This document shows, piece by piece, positions 20,567-32,130 of a stretch of DNA of 64,000 nt. Location of the stretch: positions 1,312,001 through 1,376,000 of the forward strand of contig OZ245365.1 of assembly GCA_965226495.1 (NCBI GenBank), in the 5' to 3' direction. Under the pieces are notes generated by a model that was not told the origin of the DNA, made no database searches, and worked only from the letters and a program-made list of their open reading frames with translations. Each line of letters begins with the position of its first letter. Within the stretch, counting starts at the first letter, position 1. The stretch comes from Candidatus Marinacidobacterales bacterium. Lineage in GTDB: Bacteria > Acidobacteriota > Vicinamibacteria > Marinacidobacterales > DATDRI01. The translations under genes and the position numbers were made by a program.

Positions 20567-21832
20567 CTAAGCAAGCAGCGCCCGGTGTGTCTTCATGCCC
20601 GCAAGCGCGCGGTCGATGTGTGCTTGAGTATTGTAGAGGTGAGGGCAAAGGCGCAGACCGCCCGTTTGCGCCGCGGCGATGCCTTGCTCTTCGTAGAGCG
20701 CGTCGAAGGCTTTCTTACGGTTCTCTTGCGTCATCTCGACGATGCACACACCGCCGCTGAGATTGGGGTCCATCGGTGTGACTAGTCTGGCGCCCATTTC
20801 TTGCAGGCCGGCCTTCAAGGTGCCCGCCAGCTCGTAGACGCGGGCTTCGATGCGCGTGGGATCGACCCTCTGGTGAAAGTCCACGGCCGTACCCACCGCT
20901 GCCAAGCAGGGGTCATCACGTTGACCGAGCGACTCGAACTTTCTAGCCCCTTTGAGCTCGGTGTGGACGCCGTCGCCCCATCCTGGCGCCACGACATTCG
21001 GCCAGATCTTGGAGACGTGGTCTTCCTTTACGTAAAGCATGCCGGCCTCGAGTGGGCCGACTAACCATTTGTGGGTGCTCGCGGCGTAGGAGTCGCAGCC
21101 AAGCTCACGTAGGTCGACTTTCAGTGCGCCCCATGCTTGCGCCGCGTCGACGTGGACATGGATCCCGCTTCGATGCGCTACATCACAGAGCTCCTTAACC
21201 GGCAGTCGAATGCCGGTGACGTTGGAAACGTGCGTGATCGTGAGCACGCGGGTTCGAGGGCCGAGGGCGTTTTCGAAGACCGAGATGAGCTCGTCCACAC
21301 TCGACGGGTGCCGTGGTGTGGTCACCCGCTTGGTGGTCAGACCGAAGCGAGCGGCTCTCACCTCCCAGGCAACGTTATTTGTGGGATGGTTCTGATCCCA
21401 GAGTACTACTTCGTCGCCTTCCTTGAGTGGAAGCCCGTTGTTGATGGTGTTGTTGGCCTCGCTGGTATTGCGCACCAGCGCGATTTCGTCGGCGCTCACG
21501 CCGAGGTGCTGGGCGACTTTGCTTCGCGATTCTTCTCGAAGCTGGGCGAACTTCGCACGATTGTTGAACGAGCAGTCCATGTTGATGTCGCGCGTGAGCG
21601 CGACCACGCGATCGGTCACGACCCGAGGCGCCGGACACAAGTTGGCCGCGTTCATCGGAACCTTCTCTTCGCGAAAAGGAAATTGCTCTCGCACCATCTC
21701 CCAATAGGCTTCGCCCTCATCGGGAGCGGGCAGCGGGGAGTGCGATTCACCGAGGGCCTTTGCCGCGGGCAGTAACGCCGCACCGCCGGCTAGGCGCTTG
21801 AGGAAGGAACGACGGGACGTCTCTGGGACCAT
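20567..21832 (-). CDS. Tat-exported aminotransferase class V (isopenicillin N epimerase-like)
   Basis: SRRSFLK Tat motif; HVDAAQ and STHKWL PLP motifs. Confidence 0.88.
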   Translation of the reverse strand: MVPETSRRSFLKRLAGGAALLPAAKALGESHSPLPAPDEGEAYWEMVREQFPFREEKVPMNAANLCPAPRVVTDRVVALTRDINMDCSFNNRAKFAQLREESRSKVAQHLGVSADEIALVRNTSEANNTINNGLPLKEGDEVVLWDQNHPTNNVAWEVRAARFGLTTKRVTTPRHPSSVDELISVFENALGPRTRVLTITHVSNVTGIRLPVKELCDVAHRSGIHVHVDAAQAWGALKVDLRELGCDSYAASTHKWLVGPLEAGMLYVKEDHVSKIWPNVVAPGWGDGVHTELKGARKFESLGQRDDPCLAAVGTAVDFHQRVDPTRIEARVYELAGTLKAGLQEMGARLVTPMDPNLSGGVCIVEMTQENRKKAFDALYEEQGIAAAQTGGLRLCPHLYNTQAHIDRALAGMKTHRALLA

Positions 21833-22070
21833 TTCGGACCTCCTTCGATAGGGGCATCTTACATCAACGCGATTCGCGCGGGCGCAACAACGCGGCGGAT
21901 GGCTCGGGGGTCTGGCGCTCGCCATTGTACTCGTAAGACATTGATCAAACAATAGTTATCCTGTGGGATTAGCCTCCGCCCGAGCCCGACCCCCGCGGCT
22001 CCTTGGCAGCGAAGGGTTTTACAGGTACAATGAAATAGTTCCTGAAAATTGAGCCCCGGAGGGTCACAAC

Positions 22071-22490
22071 ATGAAGGTCGGCGACTGCATGACCAAAGAC
22101 CCGCACTTCGTCCATGAAGACGCCAGCATGAAAGAGGCGATGGTATTGATGCGTCAGCATCACATACGCCATCTCCCCATCACCGAGGGTACGATCTTGG
22201 TAGGCATCGTGACCGATCGAGACATCCGGAAAGCATCACCCTCACTTTTGTCGGGCGTGGACATGAGCGAGTACGAAGAAGTGCTGAGCAACACTCCGGT
22301 TTCCCGCATCATGACGCGGGAGCCGTTCACCGCGACGACAGAGATGGAACTCAAAGATGCGGTTCAGATTCTCGTCGACAAGAAGGTCGGCGGACTACCG
22401 GTGGTTGATGGTAAAGAACTGGTCGGGATTTTCACCGAGATTGATGCACTCAAAGTGCTGGTGAACGTCCTGTCCGAGGTTGCCCAGTAA
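22071..22490 (+). CDS. CBS domain pair protein (AcuB-like)
   Basis: HHIRHLP..GIVTDRDI and KVGGLPVV..GIFTEID. Confidence 0.9.
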   Translation: MKVGDCMTKDPHFVHEDASMKEAMVLMRQHHIRHLPITEGTILVGIVTDRDIRKASPSLLSGVDMSEYEEVLSNTPVSRIMTREPFTATTEMELKDAVQILVDKKVGGLPVVDGKELVGIFTEIDALKVLVNVLSEVAQ

Positions 22491-22553
22491 CTCGAAGTCG
22501 CTCGAAGCCTTCCTCGGTCATTTGTTCGGCCGAACGCGTGAGCGTTGCCGGAT

Positions 22554-23561
<1,008 letters not shown>

Positions 23562-23593
23562 TTACTCCTTCAAATATGCGAGTCGAGGAGCAG

Positions 23594-23673
23594 AGTATAA
23601 GATTGTGGCTCCGGGGCTGTCAAAGTGGGTTAAAAAGGCTTCATTGACAGGGCCTTGCGGGCCCCGCTATAGT
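23594..23673. promoter_or_regulatory. Divergent sigma70 promoters for gap (-) and the LPS operon (+)
   Basis: Minus strand TTGACA-18-TATACT (23623-23594); plus strand TTGACA-18-TATAGT (23644-23673). Confidence 0.7.
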
Positions 23674-23683
23674 CGGCCGTTTC

Positions 23684-24958
23684 ATGTATCTTTTCTATAG
23701 TCTGGTCTTAACGGTGGGAGCAATACTCAGCCTACCGTATTTCATCTATCGCGGCCTCGTCACGGGCAAATACTGGCCATCACTCAAGGAACGTCTGGGT
23801 TTTCTGCCCGCTTCCTTGAACTCCGAGCGGCAGTCTTCGATTTGGGTGCACGCGGTCTCGGTTGGCGAAGTGATCGCGACGCGCTCGCTACTCCCGTTGA
23901 TCCGCGAATCGTTTCCCGACACGCCGGTCTTCGTATCGGTGACCACGCTCACCGGAAAACAAATCGCCGACCGACAACTGCGAGAGGCCGATGGCGTGTT
24001 TTTTTGTCCCTTCGACTGGTGTTTCGCGGTGCGTCGAGTGGTTGCTCGGATTCGCCCTCGCGCGTTGATGCTCATGGAGACCGAGATTTGGCCAAACATG
24101 CTCAAGGCGTGTCACGACGCTGGGGCGGCGACGATGTTGGTCAATGGTCGGATCTCCGATCATTCGTACGGCCGCTACCGACTCATCCGGTTTTTTCTAC
24201 GCCGCTTTCTGAAGCCCGTCGACTCCTTCTGCATGCAGACCGCCCGTTACGCGGAGCGCATCATCGACCTGGGAGCCGCTCCGGAAAAGGTCCACATCAC
24301 GGGAAGCCTCAAATTCGATGCGGTCGTGCCTACCCAGGGACCGCCGTCAGACGCCGCGCAGTTGATACCTCCGGGGCGGGTCGTGTTGGTCGCCGGGAGC
24401 ACGCTCGCACCAGAAGAGGAGATTTTGCTCGACACGTTTGAGTCACTGCGTGGAGAGTATCCTCACTTGTTTTTGATCATCGCGCCTCGGCATCCGGAGC
24501 GTTTCGATGAGGTCACGAAGCTTGCAGAATCGCGTAGCCTCGATGTTGTCCGGCGTTCTTCGCTCGCTGGTCCCGATACGGACGCGAACGTCATGGTGCT
24601 CGATACGCTGGGTGAGCTGGCGTCCATCTATCGCGCGACCGATGTGGTCTTCATTGGCGGAAGCCTCGCGACATGGGGAGGCCATAACCTCATCGAACCC
24701 GCCGCGGAAGGAAAGCCGGTCGTTTTCGGCCCGCACATGAGCAACTTCCAAGAGATCGCGTCCTCTTTTCTCGGTGCGGACGCAGCGGTGCAGGTGAACG
24801 GGCGCGATGAGCTTCGAGAGGTGTTGTCGCGCTTGCTGAAAGATGAGACTTGGCGCGGTGGCTTGGGCGCGCGGGCGCGCGAGCACGTGGAGGCGAACCG
24901 AGGCGCGGGCCGAAAGACAATGGAGAGCGCTCGCCGAGCGGTCGGCGCTGCGACATGA
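23684..24958 (+). CDS. waaA: Kdo transferase
   Basis: IWVHAVSVGE, ETEIWPN, APRHPERF and GGHNLIEPA. Confidence 0.95.
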   Translation: MYLFYSLVLTVGAILSLPYFIYRGLVTGKYWPSLKERLGFLPASLNSERQSSIWVHAVSVGEVIATRSLLPLIRESFPDTPVFVSVTTLTGKQIADRQLREADGVFFCPFDWCFAVRRVVARIRPRALMLMETEIWPNMLKACHDAGAATMLVNGRISDHSYGRYRLIRFFLRRFLKPVDSFCMQTARYAERIIDLGAAPEKVHITGSLKFDAVVPTQGPPSDAAQLIPPGRVVLVAGSTLAPEEEILLDTFESLRGEYPHLFLIIAPRHPERFDEVTKLAESRSLDVVRRSSLAGPDTDANVMVLDTLGELASIYRATDVVFIGGSLATWGGHNLIEPAAEGKPVVFGPHMSNFQEIASSFLGADAAVQVNGRDELREVLSRLLKDETWRGGLGARAREHVEANRGAGRKTMESARRAVGAAT

Positions 24959-26055
24959 GCGGATCTGTTTTGGAGACGATCGCACTACCAGCCACTGTTC
25001 CGATTTCATGGGCCTATGGCGCGGTCGTGGGAGCGCGGAACTGGCTTTACGAGCACGAGGCTCTCTCGGTGAAAAAGCTTCCCGCGGCTGTGATCAGCGT
25101 CGGAAATCTGACGGTCGGCGGGAGCGGCAAGACGCCGCTGGTGGCCCATATTGCCCGCCACTTTCTTTCCCAGGGTCGCCCGGTGACGGTTCTCTCGAGG
25201 GGTTACCGGAGGGCTTCTTCAGGTGCCACCCACTTGGTGGTGTCGGACGGCCGGTCCATTCTCGCCGGGGTGGACGAGGCAGGTGATGAGCCCATGGAGC
25301 TGGCCCAGCAAGTTCCCGGACTCGCGGTTGCCGTCGGGGCCAACCGCTACGAGGTGGGGATGGAGCTCTATCGGAAACGAGGCCCGCAAATCTTCATCCT
25401 CGACGATGGATTCCAGCATCGACGTCTTGCTCGTAATCTCGACATCGTGTGCATCGATGCCGAGGAGCCGGTGGAGACTCTTCGTATGCTTCCGGCGGGA
25501 AGGCTGCGCGAGCCGCTCGCCAATCTGGAGAGAGCTGGAGCGTTGGTGTGGACGCGTTGGCGAGAGGGGAGCCCTTCCAAATCCTTGGAGTCGCGGGTCC
25601 TGCGATCCCTTAGCTACGACCGGCCCATCTTTCGGTCGATCAACAGCGTCTCGGCGCTGCATCCACTCGGGAATCCAAAGAAGACGCTCCCGCCCGATAG
25701 TCTTCGCGGTCAGGACGTGGGTGTCTTGGCTGCCATCGCCCGGCCCGAGCGGCTTCGGCAGGATGTCGAGGCGTGCGGGGCTCGTGTGGTGTGGTCGTGC
25801 TCCAAGAGGGATCACCACGCGTGGCAGCCTGACGAGGTCAGGCAGCTTCTCCGAGCCGCGCAATCCAGCGGAGCCAAGGCGGTGGTGACGACCGGAAAGG
25901 ACGCCGTGAAAATGTCTTTGGTCGGAGATGTGGCGGTGCCCCTCTACCAGGCGACATTGGAGACGCGGATCCTCGAGTCGGAAGCCTTTGAAGTTCTGCT
26001 AGATACGATGCCGGGGTTCGAAGGCCCCCACTCCCTCAACGACGACACCGCGTAA
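24955..26055 (+). CDS. lpxK: Tetraacyldisaccharide 4'-kinase
   Basis: VGNLTVGGSGKTP, LSRGY, DDGFQH and GRLREP; ATGA overlap with waaA. Confidence 0.95.
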   Translation: MSGSVLETIALPATVPISWAYGAVVGARNWLYEHEALSVKKLPAAVISVGNLTVGGSGKTPLVAHIARHFLSQGRPVTVLSRGYRRASSGATHLVVSDGRSILAGVDEAGDEPMELAQQVPGLAVAVGANRYEVGMELYRKRGPQIFILDDGFQHRRLARNLDIVCIDAEEPVETLRMLPAGRLREPLANLERAGALVWTRWREGSPSKSLESRVLRSLSYDRPIFRSINSVSALHPLGNPKKTLPPDSLRGQDVGVLAAIARPERLRQDVEACGARVVWSCSKRDHHAWQPDEVRQLLRAAQSSGAKAVVTTGKDAVKMSLVGDVAVPLYQATLETRILESEAFEVLLDTMPGFEGPHSLNDDTA

Positions 26056-26189
26056 AGGCGTGTCCTTCATAAAGTTATGCTTTCACGCCTAGCTTTCTCG
26101 TTGTAAAATCAAGGCGCCCCTACCGGGCCCTGCAGGTTGGACTCGGGCCCGGGCCCTTCCGACGAAGGAGCCTGGGGATAAACCTATAG

Positions 26190-27143
26190 ATGACAACGTT
26201 TCGGCACCACGTGGAGTACCTGACCGTGCTTGCTTTAGGCTATGCGATGCGGCCGCTTCCTCGCCGGTCCCGCTTGGCGCTCGGAAGGACGCTCGGCAGC
26301 ATTGTTTTCTCCGTCGACAAGAAGCACCAAGCGGTCACCATCAAGAACTTGAATACCGCGTTCGATTCGACGAAGTCCGCGGAGGAAAAATACGCGATCG
26401 CGCGCGGAACCTTCCGTCACTTCGGTGCCATGCTCTTCGAGCTCCTCGCCCTAGGAAAACCGTCCCGGCGCAAGATCGAGAAAATCGTCGAGTTCGAAGG
26501 GCTCGAGAACTACGAACGTGCTCGTGCGGCAGGCAGGGGAGTCCTTCTCGTGGCGGCGCACTTCGGGAATTGGGAGATTCACGCCATCGCGCACGCCTAC
26601 CGCCTGGGGCCGATAGCGGTGGTGGCGCGGCTACAAGACAATCCTCATTACAACCGATGGCTCGAGGACATCCGAACCGTTTCCTCGAATACCGTGCTTT
26701 ACAAGCAGAGGGCGTTGGCCCGAATGCTCCGCATGCTGAGAGACGGTGAGACCGTCGCGGTGCTCGTCGATCAGAACGTTTCCACAGAAGACGCCATCTT
26801 TGTCGACTTCTTCGGCCGGCAGGCGGCGACGACGCCCGTAGTTGCCTGGCTCGCGGCCAAGACCGGAGCGGCCTTGGTGCCGGTTTTCACGTTGCCGCTA
26901 ACGGACGGGCGGTACCGGTTGATCTACGAAACGCCGATCGATCCCAGCCCCTATGTTTCCTACCGGGGGTCCGAGCGCCGTCGAGTCATACAAGATCTGA
27001 CGCAGCAGTGCGTGGGAGTTCTCGAAGGTTACGTGCGTCGGAACCCTGAGTACTGGCTTTGGATGCACCGGCGTTGGAAGACCAGGCCACCGGAAGAGCG
27101 AGAGGCGAGAGACGCGCAGATTCGAGAAGGGGCAGCGAGTTGA
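26190..27143 (+). CDS. lpxL: Lipid A secondary (lauroyl) acyltransferase
   Basis: HFGNWE, LVDQN, FFGRQA and WLWMHRRWK. Confidence 0.88.
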   Translation: MTTFRHHVEYLTVLALGYAMRPLPRRSRLALGRTLGSIVFSVDKKHQAVTIKNLNTAFDSTKSAEEKYAIARGTFRHFGAMLFELLALGKPSRRKIEKIVEFEGLENYERARAAGRGVLLVAAHFGNWEIHAIAHAYRLGPIAVVARLQDNPHYNRWLEDIRTVSSNTVLYKQRALARMLRMLRDGETVAVLVDQNVSTEDAIFVDFFGRQAATTPVVAWLAAKTGAALVPVFTLPLTDGRYRLIYETPIDPSPYVSYRGSERRRVIQDLTQQCVGVLEGYVRRNPEYWLWMHRRWKTRPPEEREARDAQIREGAAS

Positions 27144-28201
27144 AACGCTCCATCCTCGTCTACGCACCAAGCTGGATCGGAGACGCCGTGATGTCGCTAG
27201 GCGCTTTGCGGAGCTTGAGACGTGCCTATCCCGATTCACGTCTCGCCGTGCTCGCGAAGCCATGGGTCAAAGAGCTCTACGCGTGTTGTGAGGCGGTGGA
27301 TGAAACGCTGCAGTACGATCCTGGAAAGTCGCGCGGCGTCCGTGGTTTGCTCCGAACCGCCGGCATGCTTCGCGAAGCCAAGTTCGATTTGGCGGTGCTG
27401 TTTCCGAATGCATTTCGCGCCGCGGCGATCGTTTGGGCGGCCAGGATCCCCGAGCGTTGGGGATACGCGCACGATGGTCGGGGGCTTCTGCTGACAAAAC
27501 CCGTCCCTCCGCCAGCAAGGCCCTTCGGGCGTCACCAGGCTTATTACTATTTGGATTTGCTGCGTCATCTAGGCGTCGAGACCGGCCAGCCTGATACGCA
27601 CTTGAATCTGACCGAGCCCATGCGAGCCAAGGCCCTTGAGCTCTTAGGGAACTCAAACGGCCATGATGATGATGGGCGGGCGTTGGTTGGGATCCACCCC
27701 GGTGCCACCAATAGTCGAGCGAAGCGATGGATGCCCGAGCGTTACGCCGAGGTTGGAGACCGTTTGGCGGCTTCCCACAACGCTCGCATCGTTCTGCTCG
27801 GCGGACCGAGCGAGCAAGGTATCGCTGAAGAGATTCGATCTCATCTGAAAACGCCGTCCGTCAACCTCGCAGGAAAGACTTCGTTGGGTGAGCTCATGGG
27901 ACTCGTGGGCTCACTTTCCATTCTGCTCAGCAACGACTCGGGGCCGATGCACGTGGCGTCCGCCCTCGGTGTACCCACGATCGCGGTTTTTGGTCCGACC
28001 GATGAACGCGAAACCGGCCCACTGAGTCCGAAAGCACGCGTCGTGAGACACCACGTGGAGTGTAGCCCCTGCCTGCTCAAAGAGTGTCCCATCGACCACC
28101 GGTGCATGGACCGCGTTACGGTCGAAGACGTCTACGGCGCGTCGGTGGAACTTCTCGAAGGAACCGGCTCTCGAGAGAGAGCGCGAATGACTTCGCCCTA
28201 A
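27140..28201 (+). CDS. waaF: LPS heptosyltransferase II (GT9)
   Basis: PSWIGDAVMS, AKRW and NDSGPMHVA; TTGA overlap. Confidence 0.88.
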   Translation: MKRSILVYAPSWIGDAVMSLGALRSLRRAYPDSRLAVLAKPWVKELYACCEAVDETLQYDPGKSRGVRGLLRTAGMLREAKFDLAVLFPNAFRAAAIVWAARIPERWGYAHDGRGLLLTKPVPPPARPFGRHQAYYYLDLLRHLGVETGQPDTHLNLTEPMRAKALELLGNSNGHDDDGRALVGIHPGATNSRAKRWMPERYAEVGDRLAASHNARIVLLGGPSEQGIAEEIRSHLKTPSVNLAGKTSLGELMGLVGSLSILLSNDSGPMHVASALGVPTIAVFGPTDERETGPLSPKARVVRHHVECSPCLLKECPIDHRCMDRVTVEDVYGASVELLEGTGSRERARMTSP

Positions 28202-28259
28202 GTACTAGTGGACTGTAACAATGAAATCGATACTGGACATCATCGCCGTTATCCACGAG

Positions 28260-28316
28260 CCCCCTCACCCGCCCGCCTTCGGCGAACGACCTCTCCCCCG
28301 CGGTCGGGGGAGAGGT
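28260..28316. repeat. REP-like palindrome
   Basis: CCCCTCACCC..ACCTCTCCCCCG cggt CGGGGGAGAGGT. Confidence 0.7.
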
Positions 28317-28364
28317 AAAAGAGGTGGTACCAACTTCGTTGGTACAGCCTACTAGTGACCATAA

Positions 28365-28937
28365 ATGACTAAACAGCCCGGCAAGCCCGCGATTTTTTTG
28401 GATCGCGACGGTACCCTCAATGAGCCGGTGGGATTCGTTAATCACGCAAGCCTGTTTCGTTTGTTCCCCTGGACGGTGGACGCAATTCGGTTGATCAACC
28501 GTGAGGGGTATCTGGCGATCGTAGTAACGAACCAGTCGGGAGTTGCGCGCGGGCTCTACACGGAAGAATTAGTGGATGAAGTTCACGGACGATTCGAGAA
28601 AACCCTGGCCGACGCCGGGGTACATCTCGACGGCATCTACTATTGCCCCCATGGACCTACGCAAAACGAGTGCGACTGCCGCAAGCCCAAACCGGGCATG
28701 CTGCATCGAGCACAAGCCGATCTCGACATCGATCTCACCCGTTCAGTCGTGATCGGCGACGCCTACTCCGATTTGGAATTGGGCTGGAGCGTTGGAGCAC
28801 GCTCAGCCTTGGTTCTCACCGGTTTCGGCCAGGGGAACTACGAGCATCAGCGAAGCGGCTGGGCACGCCAACCCGATTGGGTAGCGCCGAATCTCTTCTC
28901 GGTGCTGATGGACATTTTCTCGGAGGCGAACGCGTGA
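28365..28937 (+). CDS. gmhB: D-glycero-D-manno-heptose 1,7-bisphosphate phosphatase
   Basis: FLDRDGTLN, TNQSGVARG and CPH..CDCRKPKPGM. Confidence 0.93.
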   Translation: MTKQPGKPAIFLDRDGTLNEPVGFVNHASLFRLFPWTVDAIRLINREGYLAIVVTNQSGVARGLYTEELVDEVHGRFEKTLADAGVHLDGIYYCPHGPTQNECDCRKPKPGMLHRAQADLDIDLTRSVVIGDAYSDLELGWSVGARSALVLTGFGQGNYEHQRSGWARQPDWVAPNLFSVLMDIFSEANA

Positions 28938-29953
28938 AGAACGAACCAAAACGTGGGCGGCTCCTCGAGCTCGTCAATCAATTTGGTCGGGTCAAAGTGT
29001 TGGCGGTCGTCGATCTGGTTGCCGATGAGTACGTCTACGGTCGTATCTCCCGCGTCAGCCGTGAAGCCCCCGTTCTTATCTTGAACCACGATCGCACGCA
29101 GGTGGTTCCGGGGGGCGGCGCGAATGCTGTCGCCAACATCGCTTCTCTAGGCGGGCGACCCATGACGGTGGGGCTGGTGGGAAAGGACGGTCCCGGGAAA
29201 GAGCTGCTAGCCGGTTTCCGCCGCTCTCGTATCAACACTTCGGCGATCTTGAGCCGGCCTCGCTACGAGACACCGACCAAGACGCGCATCCTCGCCGGAG
29301 GCGTTCATTCGACCAAGCAGCAAGTTGTGCGGATCGATCGAGACAGTCACGTGAACTCCGCCGGTGGTTTCCGTCGCGAGCTTCAGCGCTCCATCACAGA
29401 GCTCCTTCCGAGGGCGGACGTCGTGATGGTCTCCGACTATGGATACGGGCTCGTCACGCCGGAGATGGCTCGCTCGCTCGCGACCCGGGCGAGCTCGCTT
29501 CGCAAGTTCGCAATTCTCGACTCCCGTTACAATATTCTCGACTACCCTGGCTTTGCTGCCGCGACGCCCAACGAACCGGAAGTAGAGGCGGCCCTCGGCC
29601 TGAACATCGGAGACGATGCAGAAGCCCTCGAGCAGTCGGGCCGCCAGATGCTTCGGCGCCTTCGTGGCCAGGCGATCTTGATGACGCGGGGCAGCCAAGG
29701 CATGATGCTCTTCGAGCCCCGCCGGCAGACGAAACACATTTCGGTCTTCGGCACCGACGAGGTCGCGGACGTGACCGGTGCAGGCGACACCGTCATCAGC
29801 ACCTTCACCTTGGCGCTTGGGGCGGGTGCCACTTTCCATGAAGCCGCACTACTCGCTAACTATGCCGGTGGCATCGTCGTCATGAAGAGAGGGACCGCGA
29901 CGGTCTCTCAGGATGAGCTGGCAGCAGCCGTGGACACGTACAAGAAGGACTGA
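28934..29953 (+). CDS. rfaE1: Heptose-7-phosphate kinase (HldA/RfaE domain I)
   Basis: RVSREAPV, GGGANAVAN, SDYGYG and DVTGAGDT. Confidence 0.9.
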   Translation: MKNEPKRGRLLELVNQFGRVKVLAVVDLVADEYVYGRISRVSREAPVLILNHDRTQVVPGGGANAVANIASLGGRPMTVGLVGKDGPGKELLAGFRRSRINTSAILSRPRYETPTKTRILAGGVHSTKQQVVRIDRDSHVNSAGGFRRELQRSITELLPRADVVMVSDYGYGLVTPEMARSLATRASSLRKFAILDSRYNILDYPGFAAATPNEPEVEAALGLNIGDDAEALEQSGRQMLRRLRGQAILMTRGSQGMMLFEPRRQTKHISVFGTDEVADVTGAGDTVISTFTLALGAGATFHEAALLANYAGGIVVMKRGTATVSQDELAAAVDTYKKD

Positions 29954-29954
29954 T

Positions 29955-30437
29955 TTGGGTCGGCGAGTCGATCTCGAGACGGCCAGTCGTCTCGCAGCGG
30001 AAGCCCGTAATGCGGGACAGCGGGTCGTTCTTGCCAACGGCTGCTTCGACCTCATCCACGTCGGTCACGTACGTTACCTCCAAGGTGCCAAGGCCGAAGG
30101 CGATCTGCTCATCGTCGCGGTGAACGGCGATCGTTCCGTGGCAACGCTCAAAGGCCCCGGGCGTCCCTTTCTCAACGCCGATGCTCGCGCCGAGCTCCTC
30201 GCCGCGATGGAGGCGGTAGACTTGGTGGTGATCTTCGAAGAGGAGACGGTGGCCTCCCTCATCGATACTTTCCGGCCGGACGTCCATTGCAAGGGCACTG
30301 ACTACACGGAGGGGAGTGTTCCCGAGCGCGAGGAGATGAAGCGGATCGGAGGTAGCACCAAGATCGTAGGTGATCCGAAAGATCATTCGACGCGGGATCT
30401 CACTGCGCTTTTGAGAGAACGGTTCTCGAAATCGTGA
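29955..30437 (+). CDS. rfaE2: Heptose-1-phosphate adenylyltransferase (HldC/RfaE domain II)
   Basis: ANGCFDLIHVGH, KGPGRP and KGTDY. Confidence 0.9.
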   Translation: MGRRVDLETASRLAAEARNAGQRVVLANGCFDLIHVGHVRYLQGAKAEGDLLIVAVNGDRSVATLKGPGRPFLNADARAELLAAMEAVDLVVIFEEETVASLIDTFRPDVHCKGTDYTEGSVPEREEMKRIGGSTKIVGDPKDHSTRDLTALLRERFSKS

Positions 30438-31510
30438 ACTTTCTCATTGTTCGGCTCGGCTCGATCGGAGACATCGTTCACACGCTTCCCGCGCTGGCCG
30501 CGCTCCGTCAGGCGTTCCCCGAGGCCCACATCGACTGGCTCGTAGAGTCGCGCTCGAAGGAGATCCTGATAGGAAATCCCTGCATCGACGGCTTGCTGGA
30601 AGTCGACACACTGGCTTGGAGAAGGCGACTGTACTCTCCTGCGACCTGGGGCCAAATCGGAGAACGCCTCCGTGCATTGCGGGCGCGGCGCTACGATGCC
30701 GTCTTCGACTTCCAAGGACTGCTGAAGTCCGGGGTCTTGAGCCGGCTTGCTCGAAGTCCGAAACGCATTGGTTTTGCTCGCGAACATCTCCGGGAATCGG
30801 GGGCAAGCGTCTTCACCAATCAGCGCCTTTCGCCTCCGGAGGACGTGCGGCACGTTATCGACAGGAATCTCTATCTACTTCGCGCCGTTGGGATCGAGAC
30901 ATCGGAGCGCGTTTTTCCCATCGCGGTGCCAGAAGACGTTCGCCGCCGCGCCGAGGAAGGACTGGCTTCTTACGGCATTTCCGACTACGTGGCCCTCAAT
31001 CCCGGTGGAGGTTGGCCGACAAAGCGGTGGAGTCCGGAGAGGTACGGGAAACTGGCGGAGGAAATCCAACGCGAATGGAATCTTCCTAGTCTCGTGCTAT
31101 GGGGTCCTGGTGAAGAGGATTTGGCGGAGCGGATCGTCGCGTCCTCTTCAGGCTCGGCGCGGCGGGCTCCTGCAACTAGGCTCAAAGAAATGATCCCCTA
31201 TCTCGAGGGCGCGCGCTTTTTCGTGGGTGGCGATACGGGGCCGCTTCACATCGCGTGCGCGCTTGGAGTTTCGGTCGTGGGAGTTTTCGGCCCGACCGAC
31301 CCGGCGCGAAACGGTCCGTTTGGGGAAGGGGATAGGGTGGTTTGGAAATCGGTACCTTGTAGTCCTTGCTACAAGAGGCGCTGCCCAGGGTTCGACACCG
31401 TATGTCTACGCTCGATGTCGGTCCCCGAGGTGATGGACGCCGTCCGGCTTCAACTGAACGGGCCTGAACCGGACGTAGCGAGCAAAAAAAAAGAGCTACC
31501 TCGCGGGTAG
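30434..31510 (+). CDS. waaC: LPS heptosyltransferase I (GT9)
   Basis: VRLGSIGDIVHTLP, DFQGLLKS and GDTGPLHIA. Confidence 0.88.
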   Translation: MNFLIVRLGSIGDIVHTLPALAALRQAFPEAHIDWLVESRSKEILIGNPCIDGLLEVDTLAWRRRLYSPATWGQIGERLRALRARRYDAVFDFQGLLKSGVLSRLARSPKRIGFAREHLRESGASVFTNQRLSPPEDVRHVIDRNLYLLRAVGIETSERVFPIAVPEDVRRRAEEGLASYGISDYVALNPGGGWPTKRWSPERYGKLAEEIQREWNLPSLVLWGPGEEDLAERIVASSSGSARRAPATRLKEMIPYLEGARFFVGGDTGPLHIACALGVSVVGVFGPTDPARNGPFGEGDRVVWKSVPCSPCYKRRCPGFDTVCLRSMSVPEVMDAVRLQLNGPEPDVASKKKELPRG

Positions 31511-31515
31511 CTCTT
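31484..31515 (-). terminator. Intrinsic terminator of hsp20, overlapping the waaC 3' end
   Basis: Stem AAGAGCTACC/GGTAGCTCTT with a 9-A run that is a U-tract on the minus strand. Confidence 0.8.
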
Positions 31516-31537
31516 CTCGAAAAACGCTCGGTAGGCT

Positions 31538-31972
31538 TTACGCAGCTTCGATAGTGATCTGTCGCGGCTTGGCCTCTTCGGCCTTGGGTAGAGTGAGGGT
31601 CAAGACGCCGTCCTTGTAGCTGGCGTTGATCTTGTCCGCCGCCACACTGCTTGGCAACGTGAAGGACCGGTTGAACGAGCCATAGACCCTTTCGGACCTG
31701 AAGACGCCCTTATCGTTCTTACCGTTGACTTCCTTCTCGCGCTTTCTCTCGCCGCTTACGGTCAGAAGGTTGTCCTCGACGTTGATGTCGATCTCTTCCT
31801 TCTCGAGCCCAGGGAGTTCAGCCTTCAGCACGATCTCGCCTTCGTTGTCGAAAATGTCGACTGGCGGAGACCAGATGCCGGAGAAATCCTCACTGCGATC
31901 GAAACTTCGCTCGAACGTCCGCGCCAAAGGACCAAAGTTACTCCAGGGATTCCATCGAACTAGTGTAGTCAT
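31538..31972 (-). CDS. Hsp20/alpha-crystallin small heat shock protein
   Basis: AELPG, ERVYGSFNRSF, YKDGVL and IxI tail. Confidence 0.95.
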   Translation of the reverse strand: MTTLVRWNPWSNFGPLARTFERSFDRSEDFSGIWSPPVDIFDNEGEIVLKAELPGLEKEEIDINVEDNLLTVSGERKREKEVNGKNDKGVFRSERVYGSFNRSFTLPSSVAADKINASYKDGVLTLTLPKAEEAKPRQITIEAA

Positions 31973-32039
31973 TGTCTATCCTCCTCAAGAATCTGGGGAT
32001 TGGGCTTCGGGGCCCGCTCCTCTTCCAATCTCTAGGAGT

Positions 32040-32130
32040 AGTATAGCATCTGATTTATATATAATCAATAAATATTAGTTATTAAACGAAGATATTAACG
32101 TTAAATATGATATTTATTGTATAATATTTA
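32040..32130 (-). promoter_or_regulatory. hsp20 promoter with AT-rich upstream region and palindromic candidate operator
   Basis: Minus strand TTGATT-17-TATACT with TGn; TGATT-N7-AATCA at 32051-32067. Confidence 0.6.

Noticed and set aside
31973-32036. ROSE-like RNA thermometer in the hsp20 leader
   Set aside because: Some pairing is possible, but the U(U/C)GCU anti-SD motif is absent.
32050-32130. AT-rich patch as oriC DUE or dif site
   Set aside because: No DnaA-box cluster or XerC/D consensus; a promoter explains it.
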